In this document: piece after piece, positions 1 through 21,890 of the stretch
Position numbering within the stretch: the first letter of the stretch is position 1
Layout: each line of letters opens with the position of its first letter
The notes under the pieces: generated by a model
Seen by the model: the letters and a program-made list of their open reading frames with translations, nothing else
The model's database searches: none
What the model was told of the DNA's origin: nothing
Translations under genes and position numbers: made by a program
Assembly: GCA_000934665.2 (NCBI GenBank)
Contig: KZ538539.1
Location: 1-64,000 of the forward strand
Direction of reading: 5' to 3'
DNA length: 64,000 nt
DNA from: Catajapyx aquilonaris
Lineage: Eukaryota

Positions 1-51
1 ACAGCTCACTTTGATCCAGCACAAGTTATGCAGTGGCAACAATTGAGCAAC

Positions 52-186
52 CTTTTCTGGAACTCCTCGGTGGTCGGTACTGGCCTGCCAAAACCTCCTC
101 TCATACCCCTTGATGTACCCTTCAATTCTGTCCTGGTACTGAAAGTCCACTTTCCATATCAAAGAGCCATACCCGAAGATCCACAT
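52..186 (-). CDS. CHAC2: ChaC-family glutathione-specific gamma-glutamylcyclotransferase (CHAC2-like), first coding exon; gene continues beyond the left edge
   Basis: Manual minus-strand translation from ATG 186 gives [45 protein letters not shown], the ChaC N-terminal signature (FGYGSL; RRF.Q.STDHRG). Donor AAG|GTTGCT at 51, phase 0. Not in the ORF track because the frame has no stop inside the window. Confidence 0.93.
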
Positions 187-1277
187 GCTGTGCCCCTCGA
201 CTACACGTACCCACAGGTGGACGGAAGCCCCACAAGCGATTAGGAACACAGAGTGTCGATGCACAAGAATACTGAACGTGCAGTTGGTCCGGACAACATC
301 AGCAGAACAAGTTCTGCATACCGTTCGAAGGTGATGAAACGAGTGCGTCCGAAACCACGCGCCTTCTACTCAAGCGGCTAAGTCGTACTAGCACTAGCAA
401 GGCTGCAATCACTTCAGCAGCAGCCCACTTCTGCTTTTCCAATATTGCATATAGCGTGCATAGCCCATAATGTGTCTTAGGCTCATAGCCTATGTCGTTC
501 TCACGCTTCGAATATGAAACCAGTTCTTTAAACTGCTTATATTTTCAGCTACAGGGAACCTGTGCTAGGAATTGCATGGGACCCCAAAAATTTCCCGTAA
601 TGGAGAGGTTTCCGTTATGTTCGACACCGTATTTTTCGCGAAATATTGGCTGAAATATTGTCTGGGATAAAGAGAGGGAAATGGGAGACAGTTCAACTAG
701 CATATTATGTGACACATGGTGTCTGAAAGTCCGCAAAAGGCTGACTCCGGCCTGGAGCGCTGTGGATGCGGAGCTCCTATTTTCGTGACTGGTGACAGTC
801 ATTGGCAAGAGATGATTTCCGTTATGAGCAGGGATTTCTTGCTCAGGGAGACAAAAAAAACCGTCCCGCTTCCGCGTTGGGCAGGTTTCGCTATATATCC
901 GTCAAAAATACATTGCATGTCCTACGCAAGGCGGCTCTCAGAAAAATTCCGCAATATATTGGTAGGTTTCCGTTCAGCAGGTTTTCACTGTAAACGTTCC
1001 TGGGTCAAAGACCTTTTATTTGATACATATTGGAAGAAAATCGGAGCCATACAGCGTCAGCTATGTACATTTTACCGTTTTACTGATGTGGCAATCAATC
1101 CAAGATGGCGGTCAATATGGCGGCTTTCCCATGTTTCGATTTTCCTAGACTTTCGATATGTGGTTCGGGATAGTTTTCTGAGTCTAAAAAAACCTTACTT
1201 TGATTCTGTTACAATTTGTTTGATGTTTGGTCTATTTTCCTCCTAAAATGACTGGCATACTCCCCCACCGCGTTGTG

Positions 1278-1625
1278 CACCCCCCAGTCACTCCCGCTAC
1301 CCCCGTGAGCTTAGCTGCTGATCTCCCCACCGAGGCGGATTAGCCACGGTCGGCGCTAGAATCACTTACCGAGATGGTGGCGCCTTACCTACTGGGGCAA
1401 TACTGAACCATATGGTCGACTCTGATTGGCTGGAGTTTAATAAGGCCTCCTGTGCTACCCCATGGTTCTTTTGGCCTACTACCTGCCAATCGGAGTCGAC
1501 CGTAATGGTTCAGAGTTGGCCGCTAGGTAAGGCGCCACCATCTCGGTAAGTGATTCTAGCGCCGACCGTGGCTAATCCCCCTCGGTAGGGGAGATCAGCT
1601 ATGTTCACGGGCACGCTCACGGGAA
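1278..1625. mobile_element. Foldback MITE, family shared with 25518-25898; right end disrupted
   Basis: Arms about 1303-1431 and 1485-1620 are inverted copies (TAGCCACGGTCGGCGCTAGAATCACTTACCGAGATGGTGGCGCCTTACCTA); starts CACCCCCCAGTCACTCCC like the second copy. Confidence 0.8.
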
Positions 1626-1630
1626 GTGCT

Positions 1631-1788
1631 GTGGTTTCCGATTAGGCGCTAGTGTCGCTCCACAGTTCCTAAGGCGGTTCCTACGGACAACTCTTTCCAC
1701 TGCAGCTGGATCCGGAGCAGTTCGCATAGTCGCCCGCAATGCGTCCGAAGGAACTGTGGAGCTACACCAGCGCCTAATCGGAAACCCC
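1631..1788. mobile_element. Small MITE with about 40-bp TIRs
   Basis: GGTTTCCGATTAGGCGCTAGTGTCGCTCCACAGTTCCT is mirrored by AGGAACTGTGGAGCTACACCAGCGCCTAATCGGAAACC. TSD not evident. Confidence 0.65.
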
Positions 1789-1891
1789 ACCTGATGGGTG
1801 GAGGAGAGTAGCCCCTCGCAACACCCACCTTTTCCTTGTGTGACGGTAACGTACTTAAAAAGTCTCCGCTGGCGCTGGCGTCGCTCACTGT

Positions 1892-2081
1892 AACTGGGGC
1901 AACTGGGGCCATCGGGTTGCCAGATTCACTCGGGCGGGTGCCTTCTGAACCAACCCAACCCGTCAATACTCAGTACTGCACCCTCAGCTACTCTACCTCA
2001 GCCCCATTCTGCAGATTCGGCCGCCCGCCGCCCGAATGCGCCTGGCAACCCCAAGATCTGTGGCAACCCGCTGGCCCCAGT
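1892..2081. mobile_element. Small MITE-like inverted repeat
   Basis: ACTGGGGCCATCGGGTTGCCAGAT versus ATCTGTGGCAACCCGCTGGCCCCAGT. Confidence 0.55.
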
Positions 2082-2146
2082 GTTGTGTTAGGGGGGAGCT
2101 ACTCAAAGGCTGGACTAGGCTTTAGAATGTCATCTAATCACTTTAA

Positions 2147-2606
2147 AGGGACACTCCACTCAAAATACAAGTTGGCCCCCAAAAATCGGGCAAGAAATCC
2201 TGATTCCGAATGTGCAATGGTTTTTTTTTACGCCCAACGGTAACACGGAAAATCATATATCTACACACGTCGTCTCGCGTCGTCTGCTAAGAAGGGCGAT
2301 ACAACAGCATCTTGCGGCAAACCGGAGAAGTAGAGAAGGTGCTCAACAAACAACTGCCGCGCCAGGCCATGCTCGCCTGGCGCGGCAGTTGTTTGTTGAG
2401 CACCTTCTCTAGTTCCTCCCGGTTCCACTCTGGTGGCGTCGCCATCACCTGCGCCCACCGCCCCGCGCGCGGTTTTCGAACGACACACTTCCAGCTTTCA
2501 CACTGGCCTTACCGTTCGTCTCTAAGAAAAACTGCTTATACCCTCGGAATCAGGATTTTTTGGCCGATTTTTAGAACCCAACTTGTATTTTGAGTGGAGT
2601 GTCCCT
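2147..2606. mobile_element. Kolobok-like non-autonomous DNA transposon
   Basis: TIR AGGGACACTCCACTCAAAATACAAGTTGG extending imperfectly about 95 bp; flanked by TTAA (2143-2146) and TCAA (2607-2610). AGG termini with a TTAA target are typical of Kolobok. Confidence 0.75.
2331..2411. repeat. Perfect 37-bp inverted repeat with 7-nt loop (mini-MITE with TA ends) nested in the Kolobok-like element
   Basis: 2331-2367 is the exact reverse complement of 2375-2411; loop CATGCTC. Confidence 0.9.
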
Positions 2607-3589
2607 TCAATCAACAATCACTCCCATGGATACATAATACAACACCCAGTGATCGACGCCAGCGCCACATGCCAGGCTGGTGGAGACTCTCTAAGTCCCC
2701 TACCGTATCGTAGGAGTTGCGGGGGGCTGGGGGAGAGCAAGTATGCTCACGGCCGGAGGTTTCCATACGGCTGGAGTAGGAGTGTCAGGCGGGAGGCGGC
2801 TGACTGTCAGCGAGACTGTTGGTTTTATTATTGTTGTTGTTGTCACTACCTGTGATAATTTCTAACTGGCATAGTCATTAGCGCTCCATTGGTTACATGA
2901 ATATATCTAGAGCTTGATCTAGACTCTAGAGAAAAGAGAATAACCAATCATATTGACATGACCAAGAAGGGTGTTTTTATTTTGCAAAGTGGAAGATTAT
3001 TTTTATGAAGAACCACGAGAAAACCGGGAACACAGAGAAAACTTTTCCCAAATGTATAAATCCGGAAATCGAACTCGGGACCTAGAGGTAGAAATGGCAG
3101 ATTATAACCAACTAATTTTGCTTCCTTAAAACTGCAATATATATATTTTTCGTTATAGGTTTCTGCTTCCAGACACTTAGCTAAATATGACACAACGGAC
3201 ACACGTTATCAGCCCAATACACAAATAGGTTGTTATCTCAGAAATACGACACAGATCCAGAGCACTTATCTCTGAAGGTGGGATATGTCTGATTACTCCA
3301 CTGTGTACGCGAGAGGAGGAGGGCGATAATGAGAATCCGAGGCGAATTATCTGAAGCGTGATAGCAGAGTGGAGCGAGATTTATAGGCGGCATGGGGTTG
3401 CTTTTAATTCATCGCAATCAACGTGCCGGAGATTTATGGGAGGGGACTAGTTATTATTTTGCTTAGGCGAAAAGACGGAAGGAAGCGCCAGGCAATTACA
3501 CCGCCGTATAATAAGAAGTGGGGCGCTAATAAATTCACATTTAGAAGCGGAAAGAGAACGGGAAAGAATCGGAGCAAAAAGGCCTGATT

Positions 3590-3940
3590 GTAGGGGGCGG
3601 GACGGGTGGAAATACAGTAGCTGATCAAGCGAGCCTACATAGCTTCCGCCATGTTGAATCCACCCTGTAGCTACTACAAGCAGGCTCAAATTTGGTATTT
3701 ACGTGCCGAATTATTTTTTTTTACGATTTTATTAGAACCGATTTTAAGGGAGATCTAATATGGATAGGGCCGTTCCAGCTGAAATGGAGGACTCAAAATG
3801 GCGGTTATCATATGTAAGCTAAGAGCGAGTTTCAGTAAGGGGGGAAAAGTGGGAGGAATGGTCTGGCGGGCGGCATAGAGCGTAGGGCGTTTGAGCTGTG
3901 TGGGCCGGCCACTTTTGTGTCTGTCCTCCCCCCCTGCAGC
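3590..3940 (+). promoter_or_regulatory. Probable TRIM9 promoter/5'UTR (CpG-rich, GC box, YY1-like motifs)
   Basis: GGGGGCGGG near 3593, CCGCCATGTT 3646-3655, AAAATGGCGG 3795-3804; candidate 5'UTR intron GTAAGC 3814 to CCCTGCAG 3939. Confidence 0.4.
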
Positions 3941-3997
3941 TTGATCGACGCCGCGCCGGCCGGGTGCATCGTTGGATAGTAGCGCGCGTAGTGTTGA

Positions 3998-14153
<10,156 letters not shown>

Positions 14154-14971
14154 AAGCCTTCCTCAGCCCCATCCCTCTCTAATTTATTGTCTTTTTACCT
14201 GATGTTGCGTGGAGGGGTCTGTAGGGAGGCCCCATTTTGTGCCAGTGTGATGGTTCAAGAGCCTGCATGTTGCCTGCCCTTAGAAAGCATAGGCTGAACT
14301 GAAAAGGCTTCACTTGCATTTAGGTACATGTTAAGGCCAGATCTCAATGAAGTGAACAGCCTTGTCACCTTATATTGCTTCTAATCAAAGGCGGCACATG
14401 TTGGCCTTTGGACGTCACAAATTTGGTCGTGCTTCTTCTCGACCAGTAATATCACCTGCAGGCTCTCACAATAATCACTACACATGGTACGTCACTGCTT
14501 CTGGGGTGGTGAGCCATTAACTTTTATAGCTTTCTTCCTCTTATTACTTCAGTACACAGACTGTACCTGCATTTTTGTGACGTAACATGGACAGGGGAAG
14601 GACATAACCTAGAACTGGACTCATGCAAGTTAGTGACCAGAAATTGGTTAATTTTAGGTTTCATTTACAGTCTTTCCTCCCCCCCTGAAATTGATGTTAA
14701 ATACAAAGAGGAACTTATGAGTTCCTCCAGCTACACACACATCCCCATCAGATTAAGAAACATTCTGCTTGTAAGGTTCGCAATCTAGCACCGGAGAGGA
14801 AAATTGCTGAATCCAATCATGTAATCATTTTTTCTTGGTTGGGAAGTGTTGGATTGTTTAGAAATGTCCAAGTTTCTAATCAATTACAAGCTCCTTCCTT
14901 TGCAGCTTACATCTTTCTGCATTGCCATTCAGGTGGCTGTCCTAACAAGGCAGTAAATAATGCTCTACTAA

Positions 14972-15096
14972 GGGCTGGTTTCACCAAGCCTGGTTTTGAT
15001 GAAACCCCGGTTCTTTCGGAAAATCCCTATTCTATTTGCAGAGATTTTCCGAAAGAACCGGGGTTTTATCAAAACCGGGCTTGGTGAAACCAGCCC
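14972..15096. mobile_element. PIF/Harbinger (Tourist-like) MITE, 125 bp
   Basis: Near-complete palindrome GGGCTGGTTTCACCAAGCC...GGCTTGGTGAAACCAGCCC with TAA TSD (14969-14971, 15097-15099). Confidence 0.88.
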
Positions 15097-16582
15097 TAAA
15101 CCAGTAAGATGAGCTGTGTGATTCATGCCTTTTCTACTAGATGCAGTCTCACTGCATCTTCAACCTTAAAATGTGATAGGTGTAATACCTGATAAATTGA
15201 TTACACAATCGAAGTCTGCAATTTTTGACCTGTTGTATGGCAAGTTGACCTGCAGAAAGCTCAAGCAATTTCATTGTTCTAAGATGCCATAAGTGTGTAA
15301 AATCTGTCCGTAATACACAATCAGTTAGTGCCTAACTGTGCTTTTGTACCAGAGGTCCAAAAACGTTAATTTGGACTGAAGATAATTTCCTTCTTTGATG
15401 TTGAAATATGTATGCAGAAGTTGATTTGTATAGTTAACTGGAAAGGAAGTAACAAGAAGCACAATATTTTTCAGCAGTACATTTATGGCCCTTTGTTGTT
15501 ATTCAATAGATTGTCACTTGTCTAGTTCTGGTTTTCCCGACGAGACCATGCAGGTGATCTGTTGACGCAACAATCCCCTTCCCCCCTCCCCTTCCCAGTT
15601 TTTATGTAACCTAGTACTCATAGGGAGTGAAAAAACTATCATATATAAAGATATATTATATATATAAAGTGTCAGCTATGTATTTGCATCTTTAGAAGCT
15701 TATAAAATTGGGAGTCTGTCCATATGTAAATCTTTTCATGTACAAACCACAAATACACACAAAAATCACTTATCATCACATACCCTTGCATCAGTACAGG
15801 AAGGTAGCATTAACCACAATGTAAAGTGCCTGCCAGACTGGGCATAGTGTGTATCATACACTGAACACACTCACTGTCATCAAAACTTGATGCATGGTGG
15901 AAGCAGCCTGACATGTTCAAAGCAGAGCTCGCAGTCTACACTGCATATGGCACTTGTGATGCATGCCCACTCTGGCAAGCCATTAATAGCAGTGTGGTGA
16001 CATCTTCAAACTTTACCAATAAAATTATTGGACCCCTTATTATAACAATTACATTGGCCTCCTACAATCTACGACACCACTTGCTATCTCTCGTAATGCA
16101 AGTCCAGTGAACCCTTTTCAATGTGGCACTGCAAGTCTCTTTCTATAGTCACAATTTTTGGGGAACAGATTATGTGGGGCACAAAATCATGTGCCACTTC
16201 CATTGAAGGCAATTTTGTGCATTTTGGAAAGGCATTTGCAACTATTTTCTACTAACTTGTCACTGCACTGGATACATGCCTAGGGTGGACATGAAGCAAA
16301 ATTTTACTATCTAGGAATTTCATGAAAGAGTGAAGGGATGAGTTTGGCAGGCAGGTCCAAGTTGCCACAAGCCAAAATTTAACACGTTTTCTCACAATTG
16401 ATAGCATTGTACATTGCCAAGTCTGTTCTACAGATTTTTTGTCCACATCAGATATTTTTTGCACAAATGAATCTACATAAGTCTGTGACTGGCTGTGTAG
16501 TGAAATTCCAGCTGGCCAACCTAAATCTCGGGAACCCTGAGATATCCATCATGTTAAAAGTTAGTTGTGCCAGCCACAAAGT

Positions 16583-16839
16583 CTCCCCTGATAGTATCTC
16601 CAACTTGCCATGGTGGGGCAGCTTGTGTTTCTCCAATGATCCCGAGAGCTATTACGGCGGCAGCTTTGCCTACTGGCAGGATCTCCCAAGCCGGACATGT
16701 CTTTGGAGTAGGAAAGACTGGCATATCTGCAAGCATCTCTCTCTGTCTACATCTATCTCCTTCTGTCCCAACTTTGTATCTTCTTATACCCAGATAGCCA
16801 TAGCTGCTTTGGCTTCTTCTTAATCAATCAATCAATCAA
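16583..16839 (+). mobile_element. Short retroposed insert, probably RTE-derived non-autonomous element
   Basis: 13-bp TSD CCAGCCACAAAGT (16570-16582, 16840-16852); (ATCA)n tail; 5' part CTTGCCATGGTGGGGCAGCTTGTGTTTCTCCAATGATCCCGAGAGCTA...CCCAAGCCGGACA resembles RTE/BovB/Expander 5' regions from memory. Confidence 0.65.
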
Positions 16840-17265
16840 CCAGCCACAAAGTTATGGAGAGAGTTGGTCTCCAATTTACGACATCACATTATTCTCTAAA
16901 ATAGGCAAATACCCTATGTTGACATACCATACACACGAAGTATTAAAATGCCATTATATTTAACACATGAACACACTTGCTTCATTATGCAACATGCACC
17001 TATCTAAAAATACTATTTCAGTCTCAATGCAACTTATGGTAAAAATGGCCTTGGTGTACCACTGCAAAGGAGGTATGGCCCTCCAAGGCTCACAACCCTC
17101 GGATGGTAGCCACACAGGGGCTGCCTCAAGGTCTTCCAGCAAGAGGAATAGATTCAAATGGAGGACAAACCAAGATTGGACTGGAAACAGGTAACTTTTT
17201 TTTTTTGAGTTGCTGGCTTTCCTGTCTTGTATATGCAGTGTGAAAGTAGTGTCGGTGCGAAAGTA

Positions 17266-18645
17266 CTGGCGTCGCACAATTGGCAGTCAGCCAAAATATT
17301 CCCTGGCCCAGAGAGACAGGATCAGCTGGCTACACAGCGCTGGCCACGTCACAGCAGGAGGGCAGGGACGCGCAAAATTTAAACAGCCAGGCGACTCCGT
17401 GCTTCGGTAGAGGACACATTTGGAAATTGGAGACGGGAGAGGGGGTGAGGAGTCTGGGGCGTGGCTCGGGTTCAAGGAGTGAAATTAGAGATGGGACCAC
17501 AGTCGTCCCGCAAGTGAAATTAACTGGAAAACTCGCGTCATGTCGCATTAACAGTTGCAGAGAAAGCTGCATGCGATTACACATGTCATCAAGGACATCA
17601 TGGCTATAGGTCACCCACACTCAAACAATCGCTTCAGTTGTCATGATATGATGGTGTATTGTGATTCTATAAAATTCCTGAATGTAAGTGAGAAATTGTG
17701 ATTATTTACACATGCACTTTTGAAGTGGGCCACTTCCAAATCTAGGTTCAACCAACCGAGGTCCTGCGTCTCAGGCCAGGTGAGAAGTAAGAAGGTAGTC
17801 TCATGCAAAGAGGACGGTGCATGGACCCAAGAACAATGTATTACAGACTGTGAGTGTGTGGCCATCGACAGGCAAGTGAGATAACACTCCCCCTTGGTCA
17901 TCACTGTAGTGGACGAAATAGTCTCTTTGTTGTTAAGGGAACAGCTGGGTGTTGGTGATACAGTTCTGTAAAGCAATGAGTGATTAAAGCAGTCATTTTG
18001 TTGTAATGCTTCCAATTGATTATTCATTAGTGTCATGTTGGTGCTGGTATAGTGAAACTGATAGTTTTGGAGTGCTGCATGATTTCTTGAGGTTGGGTGC
18101 CAATGTGGTGCGGATATGTTCATGTATTGTCTGTTTTTTCATACGTGCAAACGTGTATGTGCTTTTGTGAAGACAAGATTGTCGGCCAAGTGACACCTCC
18201 TGCAGACTGGCCATAAAGTGTTTCACCACTTAAATTCAGGAATTTTCTAGAATCACAATACATCATATATCATGACGACAACTGAAGTGATTGTTTGAGT
18301 GTGGGTGACCTATGCTCATGATGTCCTTGATGATCGTATGCAGTTTTCTCTGCAACTGTTAATTCGACATGACATGAGTTTTTCAGTTAATTTCACTTGC
18401 GGGATGACTGTGGTCCCATCTCTAATTTCACTCCTTGAACCCCAGCCACACCCCGGACCCTTCACCCCCTCTCCCGTCTCCAATTTCCAAATTTGTGTCC
18501 TCTACCTAAGCGCGGAGTCGCCTGGGCTGTTTGAATTTTGCGCGTCCCTGTCCTCCTGCTGTGACCTGTCCAGCGCGGTGTAGCCAGCTCATTTGGTCTC
18601 TCCGGAAGGGAAGATTTTGGCCGGGTGCCAATCGTGCGCCGCCAG
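17266..18645. mobile_element. Long-TIR foldback DNA transposon (Tc1/mariner-type, TA TSD)
   Basis: About 430-bp imperfect arms (17266-17695, 18224-18645); termini CTGGCG...CGCCAG flanked by TA. Confidence 0.85.
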
Positions 18646-18647
18646 TA

Positions 18648-19571
18648 GGGGAGACTGGGGCACAGTGGACCTTTCCATTTTAAAAATCGAAAAAAGCCGC
18701 CAAATTTTTTTCATCTGGTACCTCGTGAAGGAAGTCACTGCCATGCTCCTGCCAACATGGCTGGCAACGGCTAGCGATCGATCGATCGATAGATATCCAG
18801 CGAAATCGATTTGAAGAGAAGTGAAGTAAATTACTAACCCACAGTTTAAATGCCACTTCAGGCGTAGATGTTGGGTATGAGCCTGATATAAAAATCTTGT
18901 GGAATAGTGCCGCCCTTTGTCCATGAATTACCGCAAGTTTGGTAAGCCTAACCTGCAATCGAAGTTACAATCATAGCATTATGTCAGTTGCTGCTGTCTG
19001 GGGCACAGTGGTCCAGTCGTTTGCGGGGCACAGTGGTCCATGTACCACTGTGCCCCGAAATGCACACTGTGCCCCGAAATGAACAGATGTAAAAAAAAAT
19101 GTGAGACAATTATTTAAAAAATGTGAATTAGGTATAAAAAGGGCAAAACTGTGATTTTGACAAACCACCCTCCAAATGAACAACTGTAAAAAAAAGAGTG
19201 AGACAATGATTATTTAAATGTGAATTAGGTAGAAAAAAGGGGCAAAACTGAGATGTTGACACAGTCCTCAAAATGAACAGCTGTAAAAAAAAATGTCAGG
19301 CAATGATAATAAACTTCTTGTGTGAATTAGGGGTCCCAATCACTTCCGGACCACTGTGCCCCACCTATCGGGGTACAGTGGACCATTTGCAGGGGGTCGC
19401 TTCTAATTTTTTTTAAAGCCAAACGGATGGCACTGCCTGTGAATATAGTAGTGACTTATATTACCAAGGAGTATCTCCACCATGCCTGAAAATATGGGGT
19501 GTGTAGGTATAACCGGTAGGTATATAAAAATTCAAATGTGCAAAAGTGGTCCACTGTGCCCCGGTCTCCCC
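18648..19571. mobile_element. Tc1/mariner (pogo-like) non-autonomous element
   Basis: TIRs GGGGAGACTGGGGCACAGTGGACC / GGTCCACTGTGCCCCGGTCTCCCC, TA TSD; internal copies of GGGGCACAGTGG in both orientations. Confidence 0.85.
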
Positions 19572-19803
19572 TACTTACATTTTTGCACGACATATACATT
19601 TCCCCAGGATAATGGCTGTAGCTCCTCTTCTACTGACATAGCACATATAATGTGAGTTCAAAAACTAAATATTATTACTTTATGCTCTAATTACATGCCA
19701 AAAGTGTCAATTGCAAGTGCTTTTCTAACTCTCAGAAATGTGGAAATATCCTTTTGTATACCGAAGTGCTTTGCATTGCTCCATGGCCTTAGGATACTTA
19801 GGT

Positions 19804-20129
19804 CTGGTCACTCCCTCTTATCGCCTGACGGGGCGTTTTGCGGGAGGTGCTCACTTGAGAGCGCCTTTCTCATCTGTAAATATTTGTGGCGACCCTACCG
19901 GACCGCGCTAAACTTAGGTAGAAGGGAAGAGTCGGTCAAAATTAAGAATCTCATACGAGTAGACTCATATGAGATTCTTAATCTTGACCGACTTCCCTTC
20001 TACCTAAGTTCAGTGCAGTCCGGTAGGGTCGCCACATGTATGTACAGATGAGAAAGGCACTCTCAAGTGAGCACCTCCCGCAAAACGCCCCATCAGGTGA
20101 TAAGTACTGATTATAGGGGGAGTGTCCAG
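19804..20129. mobile_element. Palindromic foldback element with about 150-bp arms and 2-nt loop
   Basis: CTTATCGCCTGACGGGGCGTTTTGCGGGAGGTGCTCACTTGAGAG mirrored at 20061-20104; centre GAGT-AG-ACTC near 19957-19966. Confidence 0.85.
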
Positions 20130-20641
20130 GGGCTGGATTGCTCCATATGTATACTACAATGGATCGAGGAATGGACATTGGTACTTGCTAAAGAGTAGTC
20201 CAAGTGTTAGATTGCACAAAGTTCCTCACATGCTTATGACAGCCACTATTGGTGTGAAAGAGTAGCTGGGATAAATATTATCACCCATGACTTATTTATT
20301 AGTTATTGGTGAATCAGATGACAAGAATTTTTTTGAATGCAGTATATGTATACCTTTCATGTTGGGTCACTTGTCAAAAACATGCGTACATAACATAACG
20401 TAGTTCATTAATTTTAAAAAAAGGACTGCATTATTATCCCAAACCAAGCCTTCATTGTGAAGGGGTCACTGGACTACTATTCTTTTTTCCTTCTCTATTT
20501 TATTTTTCCAAGCAACAATTTGCTTATAAGGATCAGCGGCCAAAGTGTCATGAAGTATGCTCCTTCCTAGAATGGCACAGTCAATGTAGTCTAAGAAACA
20601 CTGCTCTAGACCACTTTACTAAAATGTAGGCCTCACCTACA

Positions 20642-20947
20642 TCTCTATCTCTATAAATAAGGAAGTTTGTCAGTTTGTCAGTTTGGATGTTTGTCCCTTA
20701 TAGAAATCCGGGGGAAGGCCCCTACACCGCCTTAAATTAGCATATCGGGAGTTACATTTTTCAAGGAATTTAATGCCGCATGTTTCAGCTTCCGAAAATG
20801 AACCTAACACCCATAACACGCATATTCCCAATTACCGAATTATCAATTACCTATTTAACAATATTCATAGATTTCCATGGTAATGCCCTCATTAAATTGT
20901 AGGCCTACCACCATAACATACCCAGGCAACGCCGGGTAACCTGCTAG
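20642..20947 (+). mobile_element. Non-autonomous Helitron
   Basis: Inserted between A and T; 5' TCTCTATCTCTATAAATAA, short GTTTGTCA repeats, 3' hairpin CCCAGGCAACGCCGGG followed by CTAG. Confidence 0.75.
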
Positions 20948-21040
20948 TGTTTCATATTAAAGTGGGATTGTAACATCACCCCATGCTCTGTGTGTGAAGA
21001 GTACAGTACCAAGCAAAATGTTAGGCTTCCACTTGAATAT

Positions 21041-21890
21041 CAAGGTTCATTCAAATGAAAGTGAGCCACAACAGTGTGCAAACATGGTCACAAATATGTT
21101 CAGATAAAAATACGCGAAAAAAAATACAGACATGTCTTGGCTATACTTGTGCTCCAAATTTGGTTCACTATCTACAGGGTGTTTCAACTTTTTTGTCCGA
21201 ACAGTTATCGGAAATATTGCACTATAAGCTACAACTTTGTAAGCAGTGACTTGCAACCGGTTTGTCGGAGGAATGGGGAATATTCCCTGCGAATCTTAGG
21301 TTGAAGTGGCGTACACTGCTTTCAAAGTAGCAGCTTAGTGCAATATTTCCGATAACTGTTCGAACCAAAAAGTTGAAACACCCTGTATAATACAAAAGTT
21401 GTAGTGGGCATGTTTGGTTATGCCTTCTGATTGGTCCGCCGCATACTGTTACTGTGACACTTCCGATTGGCCCCTGTTTTGTGCAGATGCAATGGGTGTA
21501 GGCAGCACCTCTGGTGGGTCAGAGGAGGAACTGCTGATTTGATCGCTGTCTGTCAGAGAGTCTACTTCATTCTCTCCCCACCCCACTCCGCAATCCTCAC
21601 GACCTTCCATCTACACCCACCCACCCATCTCTGTATTATTGGCCAGTTGGCACAACTGTTGGTTGTTGACAGTCAGCAAACAGTTTGTTCTTGGAATGTT
21701 ATGCTGTTCGAAGGTCAAAGAGATTAACAATATGGGCTCAACCACTGTAGACCGCAGGCCTAGACAAATGCGAGTGAAGGGAGGGTTTTTCTAGTTTTAA
21801 ATTCAATATGGTTGACACTATTTATCTGAACTTATTTGTAACCATGTTTGCATATAGTTGACTGGCTCACTTTCATCTCAGTGGACCTTG
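21041..21890. mobile_element. Degenerate TIR element carrying a nested mariner MITE
   Basis: CAAGGTTCATTCAAATGAAAGTGAGCC..CAGATAAA (21041-21108) mirrored at 21821-21890; no TSD match. Confidence 0.6.
21175..21385. mobile_element. Tc1/mariner MITE
   Basis: CAGGGTGTTTCAACTTTT..CGAACAGTTATCGGAAATATTGCACTA arms, TA TSD. Confidence 0.85.

Noticed and set aside
716..1246. 176-aa ORF
   Set aside because: No recognisable motif or splice context; probably chance or repeat-derived.
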